In this document: positions 39,685 to 58,800 of the stretch, one piece after another | Position numbering within the stretch: the stretch's first letter is position 1 | Layout of the letters: every line of letters begins with the position of its first letter | DNA from: Chrysomallon squamiferum | Lineage: Eukaryota; Animalia; Mollusca | Direction: 5' to 3' | Assembly (NCBI GenBank): GCA_012295275.1 | Contig: CM022677.1 | Location: 7,192,001 to 7,256,000, forward strand | DNA length: 64,000 nucleotides | The notes under the pieces: model-generated | Database searches by the model: none | Told to the model about the DNA's origin: nothing | What the model saw: only the letters and a program-made list of their open reading frames with translations | Program-made: the position numbers and the translations under genes

Positions 39685-40267
39685 TCTCTATTTGTGCATT
39701 CTTAGTTTATTTCATATAATTAAAATGTTTCTTTACTAAAAACTTAATATTTATTCATTCATACTATTCAGAATAAAAATAAGAATTTAAATTTATTACG
39801 AAATTCCGTTTTGATACGTGAAAATTTGTATATGTTATTTATCATGATTAGAGAAAGAGAGATTTGGGTTTCACTACAACTAAGATTGTACGTTTTCATG
39901 AAAATTTCATTTCAATGTAAAAATGTAGTATAAAAATTTCAAATACATGTAAATACTGTTTTTCAGCCTTTTCATACTGACATGTTATTTAAATTTCACA
40001 GATATAATGATTTCTAGAGCGTGGTATGTAACATCAATTCAGGTGTTCAAAAGTTTAATTAAGTTTGTGTGTGTGTGCGTTTCATCTATCTTTCAATTTT
40101 GTTTGTTTTTATTTTTGTTGTTGATATTATTGCTAACATTGTTATTATTGTTATTGTAGTACATAATTATACTATTTTTATTATTGTTGTTATTGCTAAT
40201 AGTGGTGTTATAGCTGTTGCTTTTGCTGTTGGTTAATGTTGCTTTAGGTAGAATTGTTAATTTTGTG

Positions 40268-40795
40268 TGGAGAGAAGAAAGCGAGTTAGAGAGAGAGAGA
40301 GAGAGAGATAGAGAGAGAAAAAGAGAGAGAGACACACAGAGAGGTACAAAGACAGACAGACAGAGAAAGAGAGACAGAGACACAGAGAGAGGAAGAGAGA
40401 CAGATAGACAGAGAGAAAGAGTGAGTCAGAGAGAAAAAGAGAGAGTCAGAGAGACAGAAAGAGGAAGAGGGACAGAGAGAGACAGAGGGAGAAAGAGGGA
40501 GAAAGAGACAGTGAAAAAGAGACAGGGACATAGTAATACAGAGAGATAGAGACAGGGAGAGAGTCAGAAATACTGAGAGAGTCAGAGAGAGAAAGCGATA
40601 CACCAGAGAGAAAAAGTGAGATTCAGAGAGAGACAGAGACAGAGGGAGAAAGACAAAAACAAATATACAGAGACAGAGATATAGAGAGAGACCAAGAAAA
40701 GAAAAAGAGAGAGAGACAGAAACAGAGAGAGAGAAAAGAGAGACAGAGATAGAGAAAGAGAGAAAAGAGAGACAGTGATAGAGAGAAAGAGAGTC

Positions 40796-40832
<37 letters not shown>

Positions 40833-40838
40833 AAGAGA
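40268..40838. repeat. Degenerate (GA)n/(GACA)n tract
   Basis: Purine-rich simple repeat; source of the ER- and SL-rich ORFs. Confidence 0.95.
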
Positions 40839-41434
40839 CTAACCATTAACAAAAAACTAACCATTAACCAAACACTAGCATTTAACAAATACTAACCATT
40901 GACCAAATACTAACCATTAGTAACATCCCCTATGTGTACTAAACCTCACCAGGGTGTAGGGATGGCAACATTTCCAAAGGGAATGGCTAATTAGTACATT
41001 AATATAATAACATTTAATTGGTTAGATAGATAGACAGATAGACAGATTATGATAGATAAATAGAAATACCTACATACAGAGATAGTTACTGAAGATAGAT
41101 GAACAGATGGATACATAGGGTATTGCTACTTTTCCTAATTTCGAATTAATTTGAAATATATTTGTTTTATTTCATCATCAGTTTCTCTGGCTATTTGTCT
41201 ATCTATGTATCTGTCTGTTTGTTGATCAACCTGTGGTGTAGCTTAATGTTATTACCTGTCTAGCTAACCATTTATTCATTGCTATATCCATTTACCTATC
41301 TATCCTCTGTCTGTCTGTTTATAACTATATCTATCTATCTATCTATCTATTTATTTATTTATATAATTATCTCTCATTCTCTGAAAAATCATACAGGGCA
41401 TACTTCACACTTCATACACACAGGGCAGAGTTAC

Positions 41435-47606
<6,172 letters not shown>

Positions 47607-48021
47607 CTTTTTAACAGAAAAACAACCAAAAAAAAAACAGTTTACTTCACTTTTCACTATGGACGGTGCTTTTTATGAAGTTAAAATTGAGATTTATCAG
47701 CTTTCCAAAAACTTAAATAAGGAGAAAGTAATAACACATTAAAAATATTTTTTCTCTTAGTAAGTGTCCCATTAATTATGGACTGTGAAGAATGTATATT
47801 TTACTCAATTTACTTTTTCACTGTTGATATCAAATTATTATACTCTTATTACACCATACATTTTTTAAAATAAGTTTTTATTTTTTATTGTGAATGAAAC
47901 TGGTTTGGAAAATCAATATTTATATATTTTCCATTGTTAATAATGAAAAATTCATAGATTGTTCAGTATTACTTTTCATATTGCATTCTTATTTATTTAT
48001 TTATTTATTTAAAATTTTCTG

Positions 48022-48068
<47 letters not shown>

Positions 48069-48203
48069 TAATTAATTAATTAATAAAATTAAATTTAAAA
48101 AAAGTTTGTTGAGTTTAAATTTCTGTTGTTTTAGAAAATGAGATCTGATATAAACACTATAATCTTAGAGGTCCTTAGTTCCGAATCGTGAGCATTTACA
48201 ATC

Positions 48204-48242
<39 letters not shown>

Positions 48243-48934
48243 TTTCTGTTTATGATGCCTACCCTTGATGTCATTAACATTATTAATAAGTGAATATTTC
48301 TTATCAGCGAATTCAAAATTGTCTGTTATCATTTAATAGTAAACGAAGATTAAAATGTTTTCTAGCAGACGCGAAGTGACGTGCGAGTCGGAAATGAGTC
48401 TCGATTACGATATTAGTTTCAAGCCATCAAAAAGAAAAAAGACTAATTTCGGAGGCTAAGACAAAATAAAAACGTTTTTCTTTTTATACTCTTTAATACT
48501 GTTAAATCTCGTTAAAACATTAACCTCTTATTTCTTGATATCACTGTAAGATTGTCGTTTAACTAACAGAAAACTACATTAATTTCTCCTGTATTTCTAA
48601 CATATTTTTTTTTAAAAAGTGTTCTGCTACCATTACAGCCGTTTATAAGATAAAACTGATATTCAGATAAAGAAAAAATATATTAGCTTACTTTATCACA
48701 TTCTGACCAAATTTTCAGCCATAATTTGAGATAACGGCAGTTATCTTTGAGTTACAAGCAGCTGAGCCAAAAATTACGTGATATTTTTATTAAGAATTCC
48801 CGTCTTTTGCAATCATAATATTAAAATAGATAGTGTTCGTGGGAAGTGATGTTATATTTTATATGGCAATAAATATGTAATCGTTAAAGGAGAAGGATTA
48901 TTTTAAGAAATATCTAGAAATACAGATTAATGTG

Positions 48935-49197
48935 CAGTGGGGTGCAGAGGTCTGGTGATGCCCGGGGTCAACTCCTTGGTGGTATGCCACAAGGAATCAA
49001 GGCCTAGTACCAATAAATATTTTGAGAAAGGAAGATATTTTGAATATGTAAAAACAAAATAAAATAAAATAAACGCTTTATTGATTTAAATACAAATCAA
49101 CCAATTTTATCAACCTCTTTTCTCTGATTGGATGTTCTCCCCATTTGGATGCCCGGGGCCACAGACCTTCGCCCCACCCCCATCCGCTGCACGCTGT
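48935..49197. mobile_element. MITE-like element with decayed TIRs (CAGTGGGGTGCAG ... CTGCACGCTG) and two GATGCCCGGGG motifs
   Basis: GC-rich ends around an AT-rich core; inverted GTGCAG/CTGCAC termini; CAG start is hAT-like. Confidence 0.6.
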
Positions 49198-49934
49198 TAA
49201 TATGCCTTTAATTATACTGGTAGAGACTGCACAGGAAAAAGTTACGGGGTCTGAGAAAAAGGAAATATTTAATTCTAAACAGCATTAACGTGATATCTTC
49301 ATAAGATGAATCATTTTCTGCAGATAACTTAAGACAATAATATCAGCGCTCCACCGCCATGTAAAATATATTGAAAAATATTTAGTATTTCTTCTATAAT
49401 GTCCTTTTTAAATTAACAATCTTACAGTTATGTAATTCTAATTCTATTATCTGCACTATAAATTATATCTTCCTGCATGGTAAGCCTAGAAGATACAAAT
49501 ATATTAACGTGATATTTGACTGTAGTTCTCTACAAATTACTGTTAGTAGCTGATTTTAATGTAATAACGAATATTCTGTTAGGAATACTATTACGGTGAG
49601 GATTTTTACACGGCGTAATGAAAAAAGAGTTTTGTAGTTTACATGATATTTTAGATATTTAGATATTTAGGATTTCTTCGATAACATTCCTTTTTACAGT
49701 TACGCAGATCTAACACTACACTCTAAATTACAAAAAAAGGTGAAGCAGTAATATTAACCGAATATTCAAAAAAAAACCCAAAACCCAGCTGTTTCCAGAC
49801 TAACGTCTTTTGTCTTATTAACATAACTAGATTATAGAAGTGATATAAAAAAAGAAATTATATTGATAATTATAGATTATGCTGATAACGTTTATTTTAT
49901 TCGGTCACTGATATTATAATTACTCCTCATACTT

Positions 49935-50530
49935 TCACCACCTATTAAAATATATTAATTTCTATTAATGTCGCCGTCGTTGCCATCGTACCGGTGTTGT
50001 TCCTAACGTTACTGGTTTACTCCTCGTTGTTATTTTTTTTTTTTTTATTCGCCGTTATTCATATTTTCTGACCGAGCCCATCGTATATTAAAATATATTA
50101 TTATTATCTCTATTAATGTCGCCGTCATTATCGCTGTAACGTTGTTCCCTACGTTCTAGGTGTACTTCTCCTTTTTCTTTTGCTTTTTATTAACTATTAT
50201 TCATGCTTTCTTACTGTAAACATCCTAAGTTAAAAAGCATTATTACTATTTCTATTAAATATCGTTGCTAGCTTTCATCGAGTATTTCTCATTGTTATTT
50301 AGGGCTTTTATATTAATTCTTCTTCATACTTTCTGAGCGGGCGCATCACCTATTAAAATATATTATTTTATTTTCTATTAATGTCGCCCTCATTACCAAC
50401 GTAACAACGTTGTTATCAACGTTCTCGGTGTATTCTCCTTATTCTTTTGCTGCTTAGTGTCCGCATTACTATTTGTGTTAATAAGGCGATATTTGCCGTC
50501 GTAACGGCGTTGTTCCTGCCGTTGTTATTG
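49935..50530. repeat. Degenerate tandem repeat, ~135-145 bp period, about 4 copies (TATTAAAATATATTA..TTCTATTAATGTCGCC..GTTGTT)
   Basis: CTATTAATGTCGCC at ~49962, ~50110 and ~50375, with a decayed copy near 50253. Confidence 0.75.
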
Positions 50531-51262
50531 TATCTAGAGGACAGAAGGTCTAGACATGATTCTGAATCTATCTGATGTTTAGTTAGTTTTCTGTAAATCA
50601 CATGGGAAGTGTATGGAGAGTATCAGAGATCCTGGGGTATCTCTAATATTACATAAAAAAGTATCAGTCTGTAGTGCAAACTTATTGGTCAGCTTCAAAC
50701 GAAACGTCTTTTAAATCATATTTCTGCTGATTGTGGTTCCATCAGTCTTTTGTCTAAAATGTTTAATAATTAATTATTTTACTAATGTTTGCTGTTACAG
50801 TTTCTTTAATGTAATAATATAGCATGTACATGGGAGAGAAAAATATTGATTGTCTTATTTTTAACAAATTTACAGATTTAATTAATATTTGAGAAACAAA
50901 ATGAAAGTTGACAAAACTAACATTTGTTTTATTTTATAAGATTATTACTTTATTTAGCATAAATTAATGGAATGACATACGCCCTTTGTAAAAGAATAAA
51001 TTACCTTTCTCAAGATGTTTGTTTTTCTGGAAAGAAGAAAATGAGAAATATTTCTTTAATGAATTTCTGCTTACGGCACAGTCTACCTTATCTAAAACAG
51101 ATTTTGACTAAATGAATATAAAAAAAAAAATAAAATAAAATAAAATAAAATAAAAAAATTACACGAAAATGGGACGATTTTGAAATGAATATATTTTGCC
51201 GTATAAACTGCGCTGCTGGTTAAGTTTGATGTTTCTTTTCTCTGTTTTTTGGATGTTTATTA

Positions 51263-51344
<82 letters not shown>

Positions 51345-52014
51345 TCTAATACGTGGCAAAGTTCATACGAATACAAATATGACTGATTAAAAAATAACGT
51401 GTTATTTTCTTTATCTATTTGCGTTACGCAATTTGAATCAGTGAGATATTGAAAATTTATATTTCATGTAGATTAATTATCTGTATAACATCACCATTTC
51501 CTATAAAACACATTTTCTTTTAAAATCTCTAAATAAGAGAATATTGATCTTATAGCATCTCTGTAGTTCTAGAGATATTATGCTTGTAATTATCACATTA
51601 ATAAGTAACAGAAAACCACATTGATCTCTCTCTCTCTAAATATATATATATATATATATACCTTTTCTTCTTCTTTTCTGAGAAATACAGAGGAGCTTTT
51701 CAAATAAAGGTAAATACAGTAACCAATATTTTACCGGTTAATCATTTAATTTATCTATATAATATCATACTTAATTTGGATGAGCGCATTTTTGGTTTTA
51801 AATATTAAATATTTAAACGAATAACTTGAGCGAAAAATACGTTCTTAGTAACAGCTCCACATAACATTGATATTTTATTAAGTTTACCTCTGTTTTGCAT
51901 TATAACAAATACTGATAATATATATAATTGTCAGTATAATCTTCGATACAGCCAGAGGAAATTTATCGCTTTTTACAGAATAATTTTGATACTTTTAATA
52001 ACAGTAAATATATT

Positions 52015-52595
52015 GGTTCAATTTCAAATTAACTGTGAAAACAGCGCTCATCATAAATCTACCTGAACATAATTTATTATCAACTTATAAACAAAATGAA
52101 TTGATTCTTATAAAGTAAAATCTCAGTTTTCAGCATCACAGAGCTTTTTAGTGTAATATGTTCTGTTGTTAATTAAATATCACATTAATCTGGATCTGAC
52201 CTTTTCATTTTATAACAGCATTGAGCAATCGATTTGTAAATTCAGAAATAAATGACTGTTAATACTGAACACGCGAGAAGGTACAGTTTACTTGATTCAC
52301 AAAATTTGATTTTTGAAAAGCTAACGACATTAAAATTAAAATTCACAGGGACAAGTGAAGTTTTCTGTTTTGTAAAACGCGACGTAATTCACGTTAATAC
52401 ATGAAACCAGTTTATATTATAAATTGATACTGAGTGAAAATAACGTGATAGTTAATATTATAATTTTAAGTTACATCACAGAAAACATGCCTGGCCTCCT
52501 GAACTAGTGTTATATGAGGATGTTTTTAGTTAGCTAGACGAAATTGATTCATCCTATTAAAACATTGTCTTTACTGTGAAGTAAATCTTACTCTT
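52015..52595. repeat. Inverted paralogue of block 25880-26575
   Basis: Collinear reverse-complement matches to the 26 kb block. Confidence 0.92.
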
Positions 52596-53734
52596 TCTTA
52601 ATGAATATTTCAGGCATAGATTATTTATACTATAACATTCTATTTTTGGTTGAACCTCAGTTTATTCATATAAAAGTGATATCTTATTTGTTTAAAAAAA
52701 AAGTAAACTCTGTCCAGCGTTACAAATTACGTCTAGAAAACTGCACTGTACGTCAAAGTTTCGTGTTTTAGTAAACACTCAAAATACGAATTGTATCATG
52801 GCTCGACACTGATTTTGAAAGAACAAAACTGGCCAAAAGATTTTTTTTTTATGAAACACGTGTTATCCAGACAGTCAGCTACACGTCTGCACAGCCAGAC
52901 TTGTCTTCACAAGTTTCACCCAAACGTTTCTTCACAAAACAAACGATGTTTTATTAAAATTTATTAAAATATACTTGTTAAATATTAACTACCAGAAAAC
53001 ATAAAAAATACAAGCTGTGGGGTAATTAATGAAAACCACCTTCATCTTTCTCCAACGCTTTGTATGGAATTATAAAAATGGTACTGTCCGGAAGAGAGAA
53101 AAACCCCACGAAAAAACAATATTCGATCTTTTTTTACTGCTTGATTTTACTGTGAAAACTGTGTACATTCAGAAATATAGATTGGGGTTTCGGGTTAGTG
53201 TGTTTTTATAAACAACAGTAGAATTATATGTGAAATCCAAAATGTCGAGAACTCTTCCATATTAATGTGAAATTTTATTAACAGAACGTGTTTGACAGAA
53301 CAGCTAAGTAGGAGTAATTTTACACGGCGTTATGAAAATAACTTCAGTACCGCCATCGCTATTTATGTTACATGTTTTATGTTGTAAACAGAGGCATAGC
53401 GGTAATATGTATTGAAAACACAGTCTATTATATGTGGTAAACAGCGTTCATCATAATAACAAGAACATTATTTTTTTCATTACTGCAATACAAAGGACAT
53501 TTCATTTGCCGTTTACAGGGACAAATAAATAAATAAGTAAATTTATTAATATTAATATTAATATCTAAGATCCTTCAGTATTTTAGGCATACACAGAATC
53601 CTCCCAGTGAGATAAAATATCATCGCTGCTTTCTTATCAATGTTTTCTGCAGTGTTTATCATTTCTTTTACTGAAGTTTTAATTACAGCGACACCAGCAC
53701 TTATCACTGTAATCTGAGAGGTAGATAGGTAGGT

Positions 53735-53902
53735 GTATAGACAGACAGACAGACAGATAGATGGAGAGTGAGACAGACAGACATATATAGAGATAAATCC
53801 ATAGACAGACTTACAGACAGACAGATAGATGGAAAGTGAGACAGACAGACATATATAGAGATAAATCCATAGACAGACTTACAGACACACAGACAGATAG
53901 AA
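53735..53902. repeat. ~70-bp tandem duplication built on GACA/GATA repeats
   Basis: GTGAGACAGACAGACATATATAGAGATAAATCCATAGACAGACTTACAGACA occurs twice. Confidence 0.85.
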
Positions 53903-54339
53903 AAGCCCAAAACTGAACTGAATAATTAAAATGTCCAATAAAAGAAAAGTTGTGAAAAGCGAGGTCAATGTGATATTACATAATAATGCATGTACAAACA
54001 TTTTCTTACAAGTTCATTTGCCTATAAAATGTAAAATGTCTGTCTATCTCTATGTCCATTAATGTATCTATCTGTCTATTATTTAACTATATACATAAAC
54101 ACCATCTCACTGATATCAACTTACGTATATAACTATCCTCTAATGCAAACATGTATACCAAACTATTTCTTTCCTATGTGTGTATGTCTGTGTATGTGTG
54201 TGTCTATCTCTCTATCTGTTTATTTGTTGATAATTGTTTCTTTCTTTATAATGACGACTGTAATACTGACATAATGACATTAACGATAAAAACAACAACA
54301 CTAATTCCAATAATACTACTTAAAATGATAAATAAAATA

Positions 54340-55140
54340 GTAATTCTGGCCCCCACATTCATGAGTAGTTTGGTCCTCAAATTTATTTTACTGATTATTG
54401 CTATATAATCATTGTTTACTACTAATAATAATTAGTCCTAATCGTAATACAAGTCAAATTCAAAACTTCAGTAAACTGAACTCTTTGACAAATATCAACC
54501 AGTACTATCTTTAAAGTCGGCACCAGTTGGGATTTCAAGAATTGAGTAAGAATCAAGACAATACCAATTTGGGCACCCGTCACATCCTATGAACTCGTCA
54601 GAATTCATTCCATCATCAATTCTGCCACAGAGTTCACATTTTTCTTGTGTATGTACTACATCTCTGTCTTCTAGTTCAGGCTCATCACCATCAACGTTTT
54701 CTTTGGCTGCATCCACCGGTTCTGCTGTAGCATTCAAATTGAACTGCCGTTTTGACTTTGGTATCTTCTATTTTTTGTTGTTGTAATTTTGCCTCTAAAA
54801 CTTTTGCTTTCTTTGCCTTTTCTTCCTCTTTCTTCTTTTTCTCTGCCAACTCTTCTTCATACCTCTTGACACTTTCTTCTTCTGTCAGTGCCTCGGCATA
54901 CCTCATCCTTTTGATTTTATTGCCCGAAGTGGTGGAGTAAAATAAAAAGCATATTTCTTGCCTAATTATCACATATTAATCAAGTTTCTTCTGCTGAACT
55001 TAAAAACCGATCATATGTTCACCTGTTATAATTTATCACTAACCTTATAGGACTAAAAAATGCAGTATAGCGGCTGCAAGTCATAATACACCTCGGAGGC
55101 CAGAATTGCCCTGAAGCCAGATTTACCCCAACTTACTACT
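54340..55140 (-). mobile_element. Internally deleted pogo/DDE-1-like DNA transposon retaining a coiled-coil and a partial PHD finger
   Basis: AEALTEEESVKRYEEELAEKKKKEEEKAKK, then a frameshift to CELCGRIDDGMNSDEFIGCDGCPNWYC. Partial inverted termini: AATTCTGGCCCCC at 54342 and GGAGGCCAGAATT at 55095, followed by GATTTACCCCAACTTAC. Confidence 0.65.
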
Positions 55141-56716
55141 AGTTTTAAATAAAATAATTTTAGTGAATTTAGTAAATTCAGTGAATGATCTATATTCAGG
55201 CGACCTGAATTATTATTATTTTTAAATTATTATTATTATTTTTAATTTTACTCAGCATCAGTCTTTTTTGTATATGAGCATGAAATTAATGGATGTCAGC
55301 ATTTCATGCTAAATTACAAATTTTACATACTAGCCATCAATTTCCCAATAAAATTTCTTGCTAGTTTTGTTAACCCAAATCAAAAACTAACATGTGAATC
55401 CTGATACTAAATAAATCAGCATTTAATGGTGGTGTATTGACTAATTTGGAATTATGACTGATTAATAAACTTTAAAAGGTCCAAACATACTATAGAATTG
55501 TTTTGGTAATTATTTTTTTAGCAAAAATCAGAACATCATGACCAGTACACTACTATGCAGTAGCTGTAGTTGTATTTAAGTGACAGTGAGATTCTGTAAT
55601 TGTGTCAAAATATTTCAGCAATTCACATGAAAATATGCAAAATATTTAATCAGTGAGAACTTTAAAATTGTTTTCAGGGATAATAATTGTTTTGAATTAC
55701 ATAAACACTATCATATTGAAATGCATCTAAGTAGAAGTGCCATTGCTGCATGCAACAGCAGCAGGTCTGTGAGTTTCTCACTTTCTAAATGAGTAAGCAT
55801 TAGATGTAATGCATTTTTTCCCAAAAGTCATTAGTACAGTTAAAATCCTGTTGGATTCGAAAATTATAACTGTAATTCTCAGTTTTTGTAGAGAAATAAA
55901 CTACATCATTCATTTCACTTGGTGATCTTCTGATGACTTTAATGACTTTTTGCTCAGAGGTGTTTTTCAGTTCGACTTCTCATCTAGAATACTTTCTGCT
56001 GTGCTTAGACTGGTTTATGATTGACATGAAATGAAGTAAGCTCAAACAAACAAATATGTAATTGCCAATTTCAGCATGTTTAAAATGCACATTATTATGA
56101 CATAGGAAATATTATTATATGTGTAACAAGAGGTTTATTATTATTACTATTACTATTATTATTACTTTTTTTTTTTTTTAGTTTCTTCTTTTTCTTTTCT
56201 CCTGTAACAGATACAAAATCCTGAACTGTAGAAAGTACTCAACACGGACTTAGCCTTATGAGAATATAAATCCTTGTAAATTCATTTGTTTGCAAGGGTT
56301 ATAATCAGTTAGAACTTCTACATTATAGCAGTGCTGAGATAAGTCATTCCTTTGCTTCTTATGTTGTAAGAATAAAGTTTGCACTGATTGTAGGAAAATG
56401 TACTTTTCCATTGCACATGATTAATGTCACTGCTAATTTAGTGATGATAACCATGTTTTTGCAGTATTTATTTATTTATTTATTTATTTTGTTTTGTTAC
56501 TCCTCAAGTACGTGGACAAGACGCTTCATACATTTCATGTACAGAGGTTTACATATCTTTATATTTGAAACGTGTTTGGTAACAATGCGCTTGCAGCCTG
56601 CTTGATGTGTTTATCAAATAATTATTTACATATGACATTATTTTCTTCCAGTCTTAATACTGGTGGCAGCATGTACTTCTAATCAGGTGATGATTCTAAA
56701 CTCAAGTAACTGACTC

Positions 56717-56772
<56 letters not shown>

Positions 56773-57040
56773 CAAAGAGTACAACTAAAGAACTATGAAC
56801 GAATAATGTGTTGCATAATGGTTTTGACAGTCATCTATTTTTAATTCTCACTAGGCATAAGTATATTATATATATTACTAATATTGTATTGACATACAAA
56901 TTTTCAGTCTGCACGTTTTATGAAGAATAACCCAGATACAATGTAACAAATAGCAATAATAAAAAAAAAAAAAAATCGAAAAAATCGCAACAGAGTAACT
57001 TCGAAGTTAAACCAGTCTATTATTTTCAGCATTCTATCAG

Positions 57041-57073
57041 TGGATTCAGGATTCTATGGGTAGCTTATAAACG
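57041..57073 (+). other. 33-nt micro-exon, probable 5' UTR exon of Ig gene copy B
   Basis: TTCTATCAG / TGGATT...ACG / GTAAGT. Shares first and last bases and flanks (AACAGAGTAA, TTTCAGCATT, CCGCGTTAAAAT) with the minus-strand exon 18565-18542. Confidence 0.6.
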
Positions 57074-57355
57074 GTAAGTACATTTCTTTAATATAATAAA
57101 CGCACCTATTTCATAAATAATTACATTCTTTGTAAATTAATCGCAGAGTGCGTTGTGTAAATCATAGAATAATTAAAACTGTACTTGATATATTATCATT
57201 ATTGTTGAAAATGTCTATCGTCAGTAACAGCAAGATACTGACAATCACAAACCCCTGAAACCGCGTTAAAATTGTATTGATCGACTCTGAATTTGTAGTA
57301 AGTCAGTGTAAGGATATCATGTAGCTACATCTCGGTTTTCTTTCTTCAGCATTTA

Positions 57356-57405
<50 letters not shown>

Positions 57406-57619
57406 GTATAACAAAAATAACAATAAAAAACAAATGTAAACCAAAAACAACAAAGCCCCCCCCAAAAAAAACCCCAAAACCCCCAAACAAACAAATGTCA
57501 TATCAATCTTTATAAACCCTGTTTCGCATTATTCCTGAACTAGACCCCTAAAATTTGGAGTTCCAGGTTGCTGAATAGATCCTGTATGCATCTTTCGTTA
57601 GTATGGTATATGTATGAAG

Positions 57620-58800
57620 CATTCAAAAATCAGTTTATGGATATTTCAGATTGGTAGCATTGTCCTGTGCAACATTTTTTGTATGTTTATTGATTTGAAT
57701 TGGTTGTTTTCACATTTCCAGTCCCAGTCATTTGTATAAAGTACAGTTTCAATGTCGGAATTCTTTTTTTTTTACAAGTTTTTTTCAAAGTATGTCTTTT
57801 TTCCAACCCACAAAATGCAAGATAAAGTATCACACCAAGTAAATGTATGTAAAACATGTTGAAAATAAAAATTATCACCTAACAACATTTTAGAAAATGC
57901 ATAATATAAACCCGAAGTTGGTTTCTTGATTTGTTGTCAGAACAAAAGTATATATATGATACAAGATCCATATGATACAATATAATAATGAGTAGGTCTG
58001 TGTCTTCCTCGATAAGAATTGTGGTTTGTTTATTGAAATACTGCTTCACAGCATTATATAAATAGCAGACTGGAGATAATACTGTGCACAAGGTACACTG
58101 CTCCTCGTCATCCCACTGCCTCATCCAAGACCTCCAACAGACTTGAAAGATCTCATTAAATACAAAGTTTACATACCCCAGATCACAATGAAAATTTGTC
58201 TTTACAATGGCTTGTTTAACTTCACTGTGTCAGATCTGTCGATAGTATCTAATCTGACATTGATTAGTTAAATGTTTCCTCCCAGGACTTAACATAATTA
58301 GCAAAACTCAGGTCACCATCCATCACTTCAATGGACAGCATGAAATTCAGACATTTTTCAACCAAAAAATGTTTGCAGAAAATTCTTTGTATTCCCTTTT
58401 CACTCATCGTGTGCTTTATTGCATTCACTTCATACAGAACCTTAAGAATAAGTTCTGAACCATGCATGAGTGTATCGATATCATCGAGAACATTCAACAG
58501 TGTATGAAAGCTATCCAGTAACAAGCTGATATCTTTCAAATAGCTGCCCATTCATGCATTGCAGATGATCTCCAATACCTTCCAAAAATGGGTTGGTCGA
58601 ATGCAAAGATAGCTGAAATTTTGTCTGTATGCAAGATTACAAATTAGGTCAGAGTAGAGGAGATGCATGTTGGGTCACTGGAATACATATTGATCATTGA
58701 TAGGAAAGTAAAGTTTCATAGGGTACATCATTCCCTGCCACTTGTGAGTTTCTTGGTGATAGAAGAATGAAAAAACATGTCAGCAGAAAAACAATAAGTA
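57620..58800 (-). mobile_element. Academ (AcademX-type, DDE + XPG-like nuclease) transposase relic, heavily deleted
   Basis: Motifs in order: FLSMINMYSSDPTCISSTL, AFDQPIF/WK, LLDSFHTLLNVLDDIDTLMHGSEL..LYEVNAIKHTMSEKGIQRIFCKHFLVEKCL, LIEEDTDLLIIILYH, ILYLAFCG (eroded HAFSGCDT). Confidence 0.75.

Noticed and set aside
54495-54972. PHD-finger host gene
   Set aside because: Frameshifted, PHD incomplete, intronless and bounded by partial inverted termini; better explained as a transposon remnant
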